Shown: positions 48,462 through 61,617 of the stretch, piece after piece
Numbering within the stretch: the first letter of the stretch is position 1
How the letters are laid out: each line of letters opens with the position of its first letter
From: Felis catus
Lineage: Eukaryota
Reading direction: 5' to 3'
NCBI RefSeq assembly: GCF_018350175.1
Contig: NC_058368.1
Location: 85,004,001-85,068,000 of the forward strand
DNA length: 64,000 nucleotides
Made by a program: the position numbers and the translations under genes
Notes under the pieces: model-generated
Told to the model about the DNA's origin: nothing
Seen by the model: only the letters and a program-made list of their open reading frames with translations
Databases searched by the model: none

Positions 48462-51400
48462 TCAGGATCCACATAAGAATGAAAACATATGATATCTGTC
48501 TTTCTCTGTATGGCTTGTTTCTTTTAGCATAACAATCTCCAGTTCCATCCACATTGCTACAAAGGGCCATATTTCATTCTTTCTCACTGACACGTAGTAC
48601 TGCATTGTGTATATAAACCACTATGTCTTTATCCATTCATCAGTTGATGGACATTTAGGCTCTTTCCATAATTTGGCTATTGTTGAGAGTGCTGCTATAA
48701 ACATCAGGGTACAAGTGCCACTATGCATCAGTACTCTTGTATCCCTTGGGTAAATTCCTAGCAGTGCTACTGCTGGGTGTTAGGGTAGGTCTATTTTTAA
48801 CTTTTTGAGGAACCTCCACACTGTTTTCCAGAGCAGCTGCACCAGTTTGCATTCGCACCAACAGTGCAAGAGGGTTCCTGTTTCTCCACATCCTCGCCAG
48901 CATCTATAGTCTCCTGATTTGTTCATTTTGGCCACTCTGACTGGCGTGAGGTGATACCTGAGTGTGGTTTTGATTTGTATTTTCCTGATGAGGAGCGACA
49001 TTGAGCATCTTTTCATGTGCCTGTTGGACATCCGGATGTCTTCTTTAGAGAAGTGTCTATTCATGTTTTCTGCCCATTTCTTCACTGGATTATTTGTTTT
49101 TCGGGTGTGGAGTTTGGTGAGCTCTTTATAGATGTTGGATAAAATCCCTTTGTCCAATATGTCATTTGCAAATGTCTTTTCCCATTCCGTTGGTTGCCTT
49201 TTAGTTTTGTTGATTGTTTCCTTTGCTGTACAGAAGCTTTTTATCTTCATGAGGTCCCAATAGTTCATTTTTGCTTTCAATTCCCTTGCCTTTGGGGATG
49301 TGTCAAGTAAGAAATTGCTATGGCTGAGGTCAGAGAGGTCTTTTCCTGCTTTCTCCTCTAGTGTTTTGATGGTTTCCTGTCTCACATTCAGGTCCTTTAT
49401 CAATTTTGAGTTTATTTTTGTGAATGGTGTGAGAAAGTGGTCTAGTTTCAACCTTCTGCATGTTGCTGTCCAGTTCTCCCAGCACCATTTGTTAAAGAGA
49501 CTGTCTTTTTTCCATTGGATATTCTTTCCTGCTTTGTCAAAGATGAGTTGGCCATACTTTTGTGGGTCTAGATCTGGGGTTTCTATTCTATTCCATTGGT
49601 TTATGTATCTGTTATTGTGCCAATACCATGCTGTCTTGATGATTACAGCTTTGTAGTAGAGGCTAAAGTCTGGGATTGTGATGTCTCCTGCTTTGGTTTT
49701 CTTCTTCAAAATTACGTTGGCTATTCGGGGCCTTTTGTGGTTCCATATGAATTTTAGGATTGCTTGTTCTAGCTTCAAGAAGAATATTGGTGAAATTTTG
49801 ATTGGGATTGCATTGAATGTGTAGATAGCTTTGGGTAGTATTGATATTTTGATTTATTCCTCCAACCCATGAGCACGGAATGTTTTTCCATTTCTTTGTA
49901 TCTTCTTCAATTACCTTCATAAGCTTTCTATAGTTTTCAGCATACAGATCTTTTACATCTTTGCTTAGATTTATTCCTAGGAATTTTATGCTTGTTGGTA
50001 CAGTTGTGAATGGGATAAGTTTCTTTATTTGTCTTTCTGTTGCTTCATTGTTAGTGTATAAGAATGCAACTGATTTCTGTACATTGATTTTGTATCCTGA
50101 AACATTGCTGAATTCCTGTATCAGTTCTAGCAGACTTTTGGTGGAGTCTATCGGATTTTCCACGTATAATATCATGTCATCTGCAAAAAGTGAAAGCTTA
50201 ACTTCATCTTTGCCAATTTTGATGCCTTTGATTTCCTTTTGTTGTCTGATTGCTGATGCTAGTACTTCCAACACTATATTAAACAAAAACAGTGAGAGTG
50301 GACATCTCTGTCGTGTTCCTGATCTCAGGGAGAAAGCTCTCAGTTTTTCCCCATTGAGGATGATGTTAGCTGTGGGCTTTTCATAAATGACTTTTATGAT
50401 GTTTGAGTATGTTCCTCCTATCCCAACTTTCTTGAGGGTTTTTATTAAGAAAGGATGCTGAATTTTGTCAAATGCTTTTTCTGCATCGATTGACAGGGTC
50501 ATATGGTTCTTATCTTTTCTTTTATTAATGTGATGTATCACGTTGATTGATTTGCGAATGTTGAACCAGCCCTGCATCCCAGGAATGAATCCCACTTGAT
50601 CATGGTGAATAATTCTTTTTATATGCTGTTGAATTCGATTTGCCAGTATCTTATTGAGAATTTTTGCATCCATATTCATCAGGGATATTGGCCTGTAGTT
50701 CTCTTTTTTTACTGGGTCTCTGGTTTAGGAATCAAAGTAATACTGGCTTCATAGAATGAGTCTGGAAGTTTTCTTTCCCTTTCTATTTTTTGGAATAGCT
50801 TGAGAAGGATAAGTATTATCTCTGCTTTAAACGTCTGGTAGAACTCCCCTGGGAAGCCATCTGGTCCTGGACTCTTATGTGTTCGGAGATTTTTGAAAAC
50901 TGATTCAATTTCTTTACTGGTTACGGGTCTGTTCAAGCTTTCTATTTCCTCCTGATTGAGTTTTGGAAGTGTGTGGGTGTTTAGGAATTTGTCCATTTCT
51001 TTCAGGTTGTCCAGTTTGTTGGTATATAATTTTTATAGTATTCCCTGATAATTGCTTGTAACTCTGAGGGATTGGTTGTAATAATTCCATTTTCATTCAT
51101 GATTTTATCTATTTGGGTCATCTCCCTTTTCTTTTTGAGAAGCCTGGCTAGAGGGTTATCAATTTTGTTTATTTAAAAGAAAAAACACAACTCTTGGTTT
51201 CATTGATCTGCTCTACAGTTTTTTTTTAGATTCTATATTGTTTACTTCTGCTCTGATATTTATTGTTTTTCTTCTGCTGCTGGGTTTAGGCTGTCTTTGC
51301 TGTTCTGTTCTATTTCCGTTAGTGTGCTGTTAGATTTTGAATTTGGGATTTTTCTTGTTTCTTGAGATAGGCCTGGATTGCAATGTATTTTCCTCTCAGG

Positions 51401-52532
51401 ACTGCCTTCGCTGCATCCCACAGCATTTGGATTGTTGTATTTTCATTTCCGTTTGTTTTTGTATATTTTTTAAATTTCTTCTCTAATTGCCCGGTTGACC
51501 CATTCATTCTTTAGTAGGGTGTTCTTTTTTTTTTTTTAACGTTTTATTTATTTTTGATACAGGGAGAGACAGAGCATGAACAGGGGAGGGTCAGAGAGAG
51601 GGAGACACAGAATCTGAAACAGGCTCCAGGCTCTGAGCTGTCAGCACAGAGCCCGACGCGGGGCTCGAACTCACAGACTGTGAGATCATGACCTGAGCCG
51701 AAGTCGGCCGCTTAACCGACTGAGCCACCCAGGCGCCCCTAGTAGGGTGTTCTTTAACCTCCATGCTTTTGGAGGTTTTCCAGACTTTTTCGTGTGGTTG
51801 ATTTCAAGCTTCATAGCATTGTGGTCTGAAAGTATGCATGGTATGATTTCAATTCTTGTATACTTACTAAGGACTGTTTTGTGACACAGTATGTGATCTA
51901 TCTTGGAGAATGTTCCATGTGCACTTGGGAAGAAAGTACATTCTGTTGCTTTGGGATGCAGAGTTCTAAATGTATCTGTCAAGTCCATCTGATCCAATGT
52001 ATCATTCAGGGCCCTTGTTTCTTTACTGACCGTGTGTCTAGATGATCTATCCATTGTTGTAAGTGGAGTATTAAAGTCCCCTGCAATTACCACATTCTTA
52101 TCTATAACGTTGCTTATGTTTGTGATTAATTGTTTTATATATTTGGGGGCTCCTGTATTTGGCACATAGACATTTATAATTGTTAGCTCTTCCTGATGGA
52201 TAGACCCTGTAATTATTATATAATGCCCTTCTTCATCTCTTGTTACAGCTTTTAATTTAAAGTCTAGTTTGTCTGACATAAGTATGGTTAATCCAGCTTT
52301 CTTTTGACTTCGAGTAGCATGATAGATAGTTCTCCATTCCCATGCTTTCAATGTGAAGTTGTGCTTAGGTCTAAAATAAGTCTCTTGTAGACAGCAAATA
52401 GATGGGTCTTGGTTTTTTTTTTTTATCCATTCTGATACCCTATGTCTTTTGGTTGGCGCATTTAGTCCATTTACATTGTGTTATTATAGAAAGATATGGG
52501 TTTAGAGTCATCGTGATGTCCGTAGGTTTCAT
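48462..52532 (-). pseudogene. LINE-1 ORF2p (frameshifted)
   Basis: ORFs 51686-52351, 51319-51507, 50709-50996, 49663-50679 (RT) and 48780-49778 are consecutive ORF2p pieces. Confidence 0.93.
51525..51739 (-). mobile_element. Can-SINE inserted in L1 ORF2
   Basis: Perfect 16-bp TSD TAGTAGGGTGTTCTTT. Confidence 0.96.
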
Positions 52533-52561
52533 GTTTGTAGTGATGTCTCTGGTACTTTGTC

Positions 52562-53449
52562 TCACAGGATCCCCCTTAGGATCTATTATAGGGCTGGTTT
52601 AGTGGTGATGAATTCCTTCAGTTTTTGTTTGTTTGGGAAGACCTTTATCTCTTCTTCTATTCTAAATAGCAGTTTTGCTGGATAAAGATTCTTGGCTGCA
52701 TATTTTTCTGTTCATCACATTGAAGATTTCCTGCCATTCCTTTCTTGCCTGCCAACTTTCAGTAGAGAGATCTGTCACAAGTCTTATTGGTCTCCCTTTA
52801 TGTTAGAGCACGTTTAACCCTAACTGCTTTCAGAATTTTCTCTTTATCCTTGTATTTTGCCAGTTTCACTATGCTATGTCGTGCAGAAGATCGATTCAAG
52901 TTACATCTGAAGGGAGTTCTTTGTGCCTCTTGGATTTCAATTCATTTTTCCTTCCCAGATCAGGGAAGTTCTCAGCTATTATTTCTTCAAGTACACCTTC
53001 AGCACCTTTCCCTCTCTCTTCCTTCTCTGGGATATCAATTATGTGTATATTATTTGTCTTTAGTGCATCACTTAGTTCTCTAATTTTCCCCTCATACTCC
53101 TGGATTTTTTTATCTCTCTTTTTCTCAGCTTCTTCTTTTTCCATAATATTATCTTCTAGTTCACCTATTCTCTCCTCTGCCTCTTCAATCTGAGCTGTGG
53201 TTGTCTCCATTTTATTTTGCAACTCATTAATAACATTTATTAGCTCCTCCTGACTGTTCCTTAGTCCCTTGATCTCTGTAGCAATAGCTTCTCTATTGTC
53301 CTTTATACTGTTTTCAAGCCCAGCATTTAATTTTATGAGTATTATTTTAAATTCACTTTCTGTTATATTGTTTAAATCGTTTTTGATCAGTTCGTTAGCT
53401 GTCGCTATTTCCTGGAGTTTCTTTTGGGGGAATTCTTCTGTTTGGTCAT
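52562..53449 (-). pseudogene. LINE-1 ORF1p (frameshifted)
   Basis: ORF 52896-53585 contains ANELIKNDLNNITESEFK ... EIIAENFPDL. Confidence 0.88.
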
Positions 53450-54323
53450 TTTGGATAGTCCCTGGAGTGGTGGGAAACTGCAGGGCAGTTCCCCTGTGCT
53501 GTCTTGAATAACTTGCGTTGGTGGGCGGGGCCACAGTCAGACTGGTGTGTACCTTCTCTTCCCCCCTCTTAGGGCCGGGATTCACTGTGGGGTCGGGTGG
53601 CCTGTCTGGGCTACTTGCACACTGCCAGGCTTGTGGTGCTTGGGATCTGGCATATTAGCTGGGGTGGATCGGCAAGATGCACAAGGGCGGGAGGGGCAGG
53701 CTCAGCTCGCTTTTCCTTTGGAGATCCTCTTCGGGTGGTGTCCTGCAGCACCAGGAGAGAGTCAGACCCACTGCCAGAGGTATGGATCTGCAGAAGTACA
53801 GTGTTGGGTGTTTGCTTGGTGCAAGCAAGTTCCCTGACAGGAACTGGTTCCCTTTGGTATTTTGGTTGGGAGAAGGACAAGGGAGATGGCGCTGGTGAGC
53901 ACCTTTTTTCCCCTGCCAAGCTGAGCTCTGTCATCCGGGGTTCAACAACTCTCCCTCCTGTTGTCCTCCAGTCCTCCCTCTCTCCGAGCAGAGCTGTTAA
54001 CTTATAACCTTCCAGATGTTAAGTCCCTCTTGCTGTCAGAACACACTCTGTCTGACCCCTCTGCTTTTGCAAGCCAGACTCGGGGCTCTGCTTTGCTGGC
54101 AGGCTGCCTCTCTGCCCCAGCTCCCTCCTACCAATCCGTGTAGTGTGCACTGCCTCTCCACCCTTCCTACCTCTTCTGTGGGCGTCTCATCTATGCTTGG
54201 CTCTGGAGAATCCATTCTGCTAGTCTTCTGGAGGTTTTCTGGGTTATTGAGGCAGGTGTGGGTGGAGTCTAAGTGATAAGCAGGACGTGGTGAGCCCAGC
54301 ATCCTCCTACGCTGCCATCTTCC

Positions 54324-54540
54324 TTTTTTTTTTAATTTTTGATATTGATTTATTTTTGTGAGATAGAGAGCACAAGCTGGGGAGGGGCAGAGAGACAGGG
54401 GCAGACGCAGAATCCCAAGCAGGCTCCAGGCTGTGAGCTTGTCATCCCAGAACCTCATGGAGGGCTCAAATGCATGAACCATGAAATCACGGCTTGAGCT
54501 AAAGTTGGAAATTTAACCAACTGAACCACCCAGGCGCCCC
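54324..54540 (-). mobile_element. Can-SINE (host of the young L1)
   Basis: Reverse SINEC body and head CCACCCAGGCGCCCC. Confidence 0.9.
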
Positions 54541-54720
54541 AAGCCTCTGACTCTTGATCTTTTCTCAAGTCTGATTTCATGGTTTGTGAGTTCAAGCCCT
54601 GCACTGGGCTCTGTGCTGATAGCACAGAATCTGCTTGGGATTCTCTCTCTCCCTCTTTGCCCCTCCACCATTCTCTGTCTCTCTCTCTCTCTCAAAATAA
54701 ATAAATGAACTTTGAAAAAA
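54541..54720 (+). mobile_element. Body and tail of the split Can-SINE
   Basis: AAGCCTCTGACTCTTGATC continues the head at 47958. Confidence 0.85.
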
Positions 54721-56200
54721 TTTGAAAGACAAAATTTGTAAAATCAATTATATCTAAAAAAACGAGAAGCCTCACAAAATAAAAAGAAATAAAAGATGAC
54801 AACCTACATAATTCAATGAGAGAGTTAGTAAAAATGAAGTTATTTTAGAATGTGAGCCAATTTAAATGACTATCAATATAGTCATCTATATATTTAGGAT
54901 ATTATCTATTAACTTCATGCTAACCAAAACTAGAAACCAATAATAGATACACAAAAAATAAAGAGAACAGGGGTGCCCAGCTGGCTCAGTCAGTTAAGTG
55001 CCCAACTCTTGTTTTGGCTCAGGTCATGATCATGGTTCGCAGGTTTGAGCCACACACTGGGCTCTGTGCTGACAACATGGAGTCAGCTGGAGATTCTTTT
55101 CCTGTCTCTCCCTCTCTCTTCCTCTCTCTCTCTCTCTCTGTCCCTTCCCTGCTTTCTTTCTCTCAAAATAAATAAAAAATGAAAAATAAAATTAAATATA
55201 AAAATAATAAAGATAACAGAATCCAAGCATTAACAGTAAAGTCACAGTAAAGTCAATAATCAATCTCAGGGAAAAACAGTGAAATAAAATGAAAGTAACA
55301 GAAAAGAACACACACACACACACACAGAAGCCATTATTGTGAAAAATTGTATGCCGATAAATTGGACAAGCTAGACCAAGGATAAATTTCTAGAAACGTA
55401 CAATAACTCAGATGTAAATCAGGAAGAAATAGACAATTTGAATACAGTAAATACGGGTAATAAAATTGAAGCAATAATTTAAAATTCCCAACAAACACTA
55501 GTCCAAGACCAGAAGAAATCACAAATTCTACCAAATATTTTAATGAGCTAATAACTGTTCTCCTCAAACTATTCCAAAAAATAGATGAGAAAATATATTT
55601 TACTCAGCATTAACCTGATTTAAAAAGCAAGACAATATTAACACTACAAGAAAAACATACATCTAGTGAACATAAATGAAAAATCTTCAACAAAATATCT
55701 GCAATTCACCAATAGATTACAAGGGTCATTCATCATGGTTGAGTGGAATATATTCCAAGAATGCAAGAATAATCCAGAGAAGACATCCAGATGGCTAACA
55801 GACACAAGAAAAAATTCTCAAAGAAATATAAATCAAAACCTCAATGACATACCACCTCTTTCTTACCCATCAGAATGGCTAAAACTGACAACACAAGAAA
55901 GAACAGATGCCAGTGAGGACATGGAAAAAGGGGAACTTTCTTACACTCTTTTGGGGAATACGAACTCTTCAAGCCTCTGTAGAAAACAGCATGGAGATTC
56001 CTGAAAAAGTTAAAAATAGAAGTACTCTACAACCCAGTAATTTCACTACTAGGTATTTACCCAAAGGATACAAAATGCTGATTTGAAGGGGCAAATGCAC
56101 CCTGATGTTTAAAGCAGCATTATTAACAATAGTCAAATTATAGAAAGTGCCCAAATATCTATTGACCAATGAGTAGATAAAGAAAATATGGCATATATGT

Positions 56201-56233
<33 letters not shown>

Positions 56234-57102
56234 CACAAATATAGTTTATATTACAATATAGCATATATATCATAGTATATATATTACACACACAATTGAA
56301 TATTACTAAGCTCTCAAACTGAAAGTAATATTGTCATTTGCAAAGAAGTAGATGGAGTTAGTGTGCATTATGCTAAATTAATTAAGTCAGACAAAGACAA
56401 CTGCCATATGACTTCACTCATATGTAGAATTTAAGATACAAAGCAGATGAACATAGGAGACAGGGGCAAAAGAGAGAGGAATACAAAACATAAGTGACTT
56501 TTAACTGTAAAGAACAAACTGAGGGTTAATGGAGAGATGGTGAGTGGAGGATGGGCTAAGTGGGTGGTGTGTGTTAAGGAGGGCACTTTTTGTTTTGAGC
56601 ACTGGGTGCTATCTGTAAGTGATGAATCACTAAATTGTACGCCTGAAACCAATATTATATTATAATATTAACTAATAAGATCTAACTAGAAAGATAGATT
56701 AGATATATAGATAGATAAATAGATAGATAATAAATTTTTCAGCCATAAATAAGACTGAGATCTTGCATTTGTAAGAACATGAATGGGCCTACGGTTTATT
56801 ATGCTAAGTGAAATAAGCTAGACAGAAAAAGACAAATGCCATATAATTTCAACTATATGTGGAAGCTAAAAATCAAAACAAATGAGCAAAAAAAAAAAAA
56901 AAAAAGACCAAAAACATAAACAGACTCAAAAATACAGAAAACAAGCTGACAGGAAAAATTAGAGGGATTAATAAAATACCGAAATGGGATTAGGCAGTAT
57001 AGACTCCCAACTGTAAAATAAAAAACTCGTCTATAAAAAGATCCATACATGTTATCACAAGTGGGAAGATTTTTTTCTTCTTTTATGGCTGAGTAACATT
57101 TC

Positions 57103-57151
<49 letters not shown>

Positions 57152-57433
57152 CCATTCACCCATTAATAGACACATTTTTTTCCATATCTTGGTTATTGTA
57201 ACTATGCTACAATGAACAAGGGGGTGCATATATTTTTTAAAACAATAGTGGGTTTTTTATTATTTTTGTTTCATATCTAAAAGTAGAATTGTGGGATCAT
57301 ATGGTATTTCAATTTTTTTGAGAAATCTTCATAGTGTTTTCCACAGTTGTTGGACCAATTTACATTCCCATTAACAATGCATGAAAGCACCCTTTTCTCC
57401 AAAACCCAACCAAATATGGATATACTTTCTTTT

Positions 57434-57469
<36 letters not shown>

Positions 57470-58020
57470 TTTTTTATGACAGACATTCTAACAATAATAT
57501 CTCACTCCGGTTTTAATTTACATTTCTCTGATGATTAGTGCTGTTGAGCATTTTTTTTATGTCTGTTGGCTATTTGTAGGTCTTGATATGGATTATGTTT
57601 ACTGTGTAGATTGCTTTGGGGGTGTGCATATTTTAACAATTTTAATTTTTTAATCTGTAAAATAATATCTTTCCATTTATTTGAACGTTTTCATTTATTT
57701 TCATGAATGTCTCATAGTTTTCTACATACAGATCTTTCATCTCCTTTGTTAAATTTGCACCTAGGTATTTTATTCTTTTTGATGCAATTGTGAATGTGAT
57801 CAGTTTTATAATTTCTCATTCAAATCATTTGTTGTTAGTCTATATAACACAACAGATTTTTGTATGTTGACTTTGTACCCTGCAACTTTAATAAATATGT
57901 TTATTAGTTGAAGAGTGTCAGCTTTATCTCTTATTTTTTAATTAAGATGAATTTTATATCTTTTCTTGCCTAATGGTTTTTCTAGGACTTCCAATATGTG
58001 CCTTTCTCTTGATATTAGAA
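54721..58020. mobile_element. Mosaic of old LINE-1 fragments (plus strand to ~57030, minus strand ~57040-58020)
   Basis: Inter-ORF, ORF2 and two 3'UTR pieces with deletions; antisense ORF2 C-terminal pieces; (TA)n at 57105-57146 and (TTTC)n at ~57428-57476. Confidence 0.75.
54970..55205 (+). mobile_element. Can-SINE
   Basis: GGGGTGCCCAGCTGGCTCAG head; near-TSD AATAAAGAGAACA / AATAAAGATAACA. Confidence 0.9.
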
Positions 58021-60834
58021 AAAAAGAAGCAGGAGAGTTAAGAGCATGGGCATACCTTCTGGCTTTAGTGAGTCAGTAGAAGAGCACAGGGTTGGGTTCA
58101 CTATTATTTTCTGTAATCAAAGTTAATTAAAGTCTGGGGACTGTGTTCCCTTAGGTCATTCACTACAAAGTTCTGGAGAATGTGATGACATATTACTAAG
58201 CAATCTACCAAGTTACAACTTAGCTTATATACCAACCAGTACTTAATATACATAGTATTGTAGAATCATAGTCACTGGGCTTATTCCCAAAATGTATATC
58301 TCTCTATCAACATCAAGGAAATTCCATTTATTTTTTTTACACAAAACAATAGCTAAATGCTCCATAGTGAGAAGATACAATTGATCATGGAATATCTAAA
58401 AGTTGTCAGCAATCCAAGAAGCAGAAGTGTCTGGAGATAAGTAGAATTTGAAGTAGATATTAAACTGGCAGGGAAAAAAAAAAGATTTTGAACCATAACT
58501 GGTAATTAAAATTCTGTAGGGAATTTTTATACTTATTGTTAATTTTCACAGATGTCAGACTTTGGTTATTGTACTTGTAAAAGGAAAAATATGTGACAGT
58601 CTTAAATGAGTACTTCATAGTACTCAGGATCCAGGTCTAAGATAAAGCTGTATGGAATTATAAAATTTGTGTTTGACTGCCTGAATGATATTAATTACAT
58701 TATTGTGTTACAAATAATCTTGTATGATGAAACCTGACATAATATGGTTCAGGCATCACTCATGTTAAGTAAAACATTTAAGAATGAGAATTGCTATAAT
58801 TTTAGACTCAAAGCTGATATATTCAAAGATGTGCCTACACTCAGTAACCAAGTTAATATATTGATAATCTCTTGAATTTATCCAAATGCTTTTATAAAAA
58901 CTATTTACTGAGTTATGATTTCATTTTAATTTTCCTTATACATATCTATATAGACATAACTTCAAATCATGCTAACAATAAGGGCATGCTATGTTCCTAA
59001 AATGACATAAATGTTCATAATTCACAAGACTTTTTGAAAGGTCAGTAAAACCTTATAGTTAATGTAACATTTCACTCCTCATTTTGAGTAGATTGATCTT
59101 ATATATTAAAGAAATAATGAAAATATATTCAGTTGTCTATCAATAAAGTTATTCAATTGAGTTAAATTAATAAAATTGTTTTATTATTGTGGGGAAATTT
59201 AATAAATAATTCAAAAATTTTAGTAAATGACAGTAGATTTTTCTATTCAAAAATTATTGTCTGTAGTCTGGTTGTACTATCATTCATATTTTTTTATTCC
59301 TCACACACAACCAATAGTTTTGCTCCCCACTTCCAGGGAGCTAGTTATTCATTGAAAGAATTTACAAAATGTTACATAAAATACTAAGTAACAATGGATG
59401 AAACACATGTGGATTATTTTTCTTTACTCAATATTTGGTTCCAAAATCACTAAATATTGCATCTTTTACTGTATTATCTATATGTTTATATTCTTTGCCA
59501 CTAGCATTCTAAAATTTATGAAGCTATTTACTCATAACCTTGAAGAATTATCTGGCTTGTATAATTTAAGGTTGGAGTACAGATCCAAAACAAATCGCAA
59601 AACAAGGCTGCTTCAATGCTGCTGATCTTTATAATAACTGTAGATAAATTTTGAGCACTTGGAATGTGTCATGCCTCACACGCACCTAATCACAGAGGTC
59701 CTTTTATTATATTTATTATAGAAAAAAGGTAAGATGTTTTTAGCTGACAGATGAATTCAACACGAAATGCCGATAGGGATGAGTTTTTCAGCTCAGTGAA
59801 GAATACGATAGACGGCGCCATGCATCATAATATAAATATACACACAATAGTTCCATGAGGTAATTAAAGAATGAAAACATTGAAAACTTACAGTTTATAC
59901 AGTTCAAAATTGTTTGAATAATTTGTGTAAGAATTTTAATTTTTTTCATTCACTTATGCAACGTAAGTTTTGTCAGAACAAACAAACCATTTCCTCAGCC
60001 TTTAAAATTACACGAGTTGCTGGATCCTAAGGTTCAATTACAGGATAAAGCTTCAATTACATGTTACATCATTCTCCACCCTCATCTTACTCAGATCTTT
60101 CTCTGTGTTGATATATCACCCTACAAGAGCCATATATTTTACTTTTTGGTGACTTGTTGTTATAAATAATTCTATATTTAAACGCATAGTTTATTGAAGA
60201 CACAGACCATGTCCTAATTCATGGTGGCCTCCTTTTCAACATTTGAATATAATATTGAATATATATTGAAAAAAATAATAAATTTAGAATGAAAACTAAA
60301 TAAATGGTGCAGATTTTCCAAGAAATAGTTTGTAACTTTCCTGAAATAATATAAACATAATTTTAGCAATATTAGTGATTAGGCTCATTAAGGATGGAAA
60401 ATGATTAATAATTAGCTTCTTATTTTATATTTCAGCAGACTTATGACTAAGTGAACAACTAACACATTTTTGTCACAAAAGTAATCTAAACATACACATA
60501 CAGAAAAGAACCATCCTAAGTTTCCTTCTCTAATAATGGAGATCAGGATTTCCAGGTGTTTTGATGTGAGTGCTTCATCAACACCATCTGCTGGGAAACA
60601 CTGATGCACATGGAACTTCCACATGTACAACTTTGTTTTACTTAGATTGGAGTGTTTTACTCTACTTTCAGTAAGGTTTCATGGAGGGAAACAGCTTTAG
60701 CTCTCACCAGGAATGCAACTGTATTGAGGGTATTTGTCATACATTCTGCTTGGAAAGGGGTCCTGCTGAATTCCATGGACTTTGTTCAACCTTGTGGTTA
60801 ATAAATATTTATTGGACACATGTTCTTTTTAAGT

Positions 60835-61015
60835 TATTTTATCAATAATAATTATAATCAATTATATTTAAAATATATTTGAAATTATATAACAAATAAT
60901 AATTATATAATTTATAAGAATTTAACTTATATATTATGATTATATAAGTAAATACATTTATATTAATTTTGAATAAATAATAATTATTATTTATTATAAT
61001 AAATTATAATTTATG
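60835..61015. repeat. AT-rich low-complexity tract
   Basis: Almost entirely A/T with recurring AATTATAAT-like words. Confidence 0.8.
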
Positions 61016-61566
61016 ACTTCCAAGAAGGTCAAAAGTCTGGCAATTTTCACACCTATATGTATGCCATGATAACTAGCCAAAATAAATTAATATGATATCT
61101 CATTAATATTTTGTTAAATAATTTATTTGTAATTTTAAAGTGAAATTGAGTGAATTAATTTGATTTTTCTTTCTTTTTTCTTCTAAATATACAAGAGTTA
61201 GTAACTAGGGTCCATAATTATCAGATGTAACATATAAAATTTTAGGTTCATATTTGTAGAAAATACATCCATAGATTTAGAAGATTCTCTAGTCAAAAGA
61301 AGGAAAGGAAACAAGCAAGCAAGCAAGAAACAAGAAACAAAAGAGAAAAAGAAAAAAAGAAAAAAATACACTCAACAGAGACTAAAGGCACTGAAGTTGA
61401 TTATTTTTTTTGTAATTTATCTATTTAAGAAATATTTAAGCAATTGCTCAGCAATGAATAGTAAAATATGTCTGATAGTAAATATTATGAAATCCTAAAG
61501 GTAGAGAAAAAGATATAAAATTTTACATCCACATATTGATATCAGACTTGTACTGAATGTGAGCTG

Positions 61567-61613
61567 TTCTAATCCATTTGATTTGTCCCCCAGCCCTTTT
61601 ACATTTGTTTTAG
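61567..61613 (+). promoter_or_regulatory. Candidate splice acceptor of the OR coding exon
   Basis: Branch-like TTCTAAT (61567-61573), pyrimidine tract, TTTTAG ending at 61613, 4 nt before the ATG. Confidence 0.6.
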
Positions 61614-61617
61614 AGGC

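Larger units (their letters stand above)
48231..54323 (-). mobile_element. Full-length young felid LINE-1 (L1_Fc-like), inactive
   Basis: 5'UTR starting GGAAGATGGCAGCGTAGGAGG, ORF1, ORF2 with endonuclease, RT (LFADD) and Cys-rich domain (CWRGC...HCWCEC), 3'UTR; frameshifts and a SINE insertion. Confidence 0.97.

Noticed and set aside
48231..54323. Retrotransposition-competent L1
   Set aside because: Both ORFs are frameshifted, and a SINE interrupts ORF2.
60735..60765. Short resemblance to 27309-27337 at a similar distance upstream of each OR
   Set aside because: Only about 25 gapped bases and the flanks do not align; consistent with chance.
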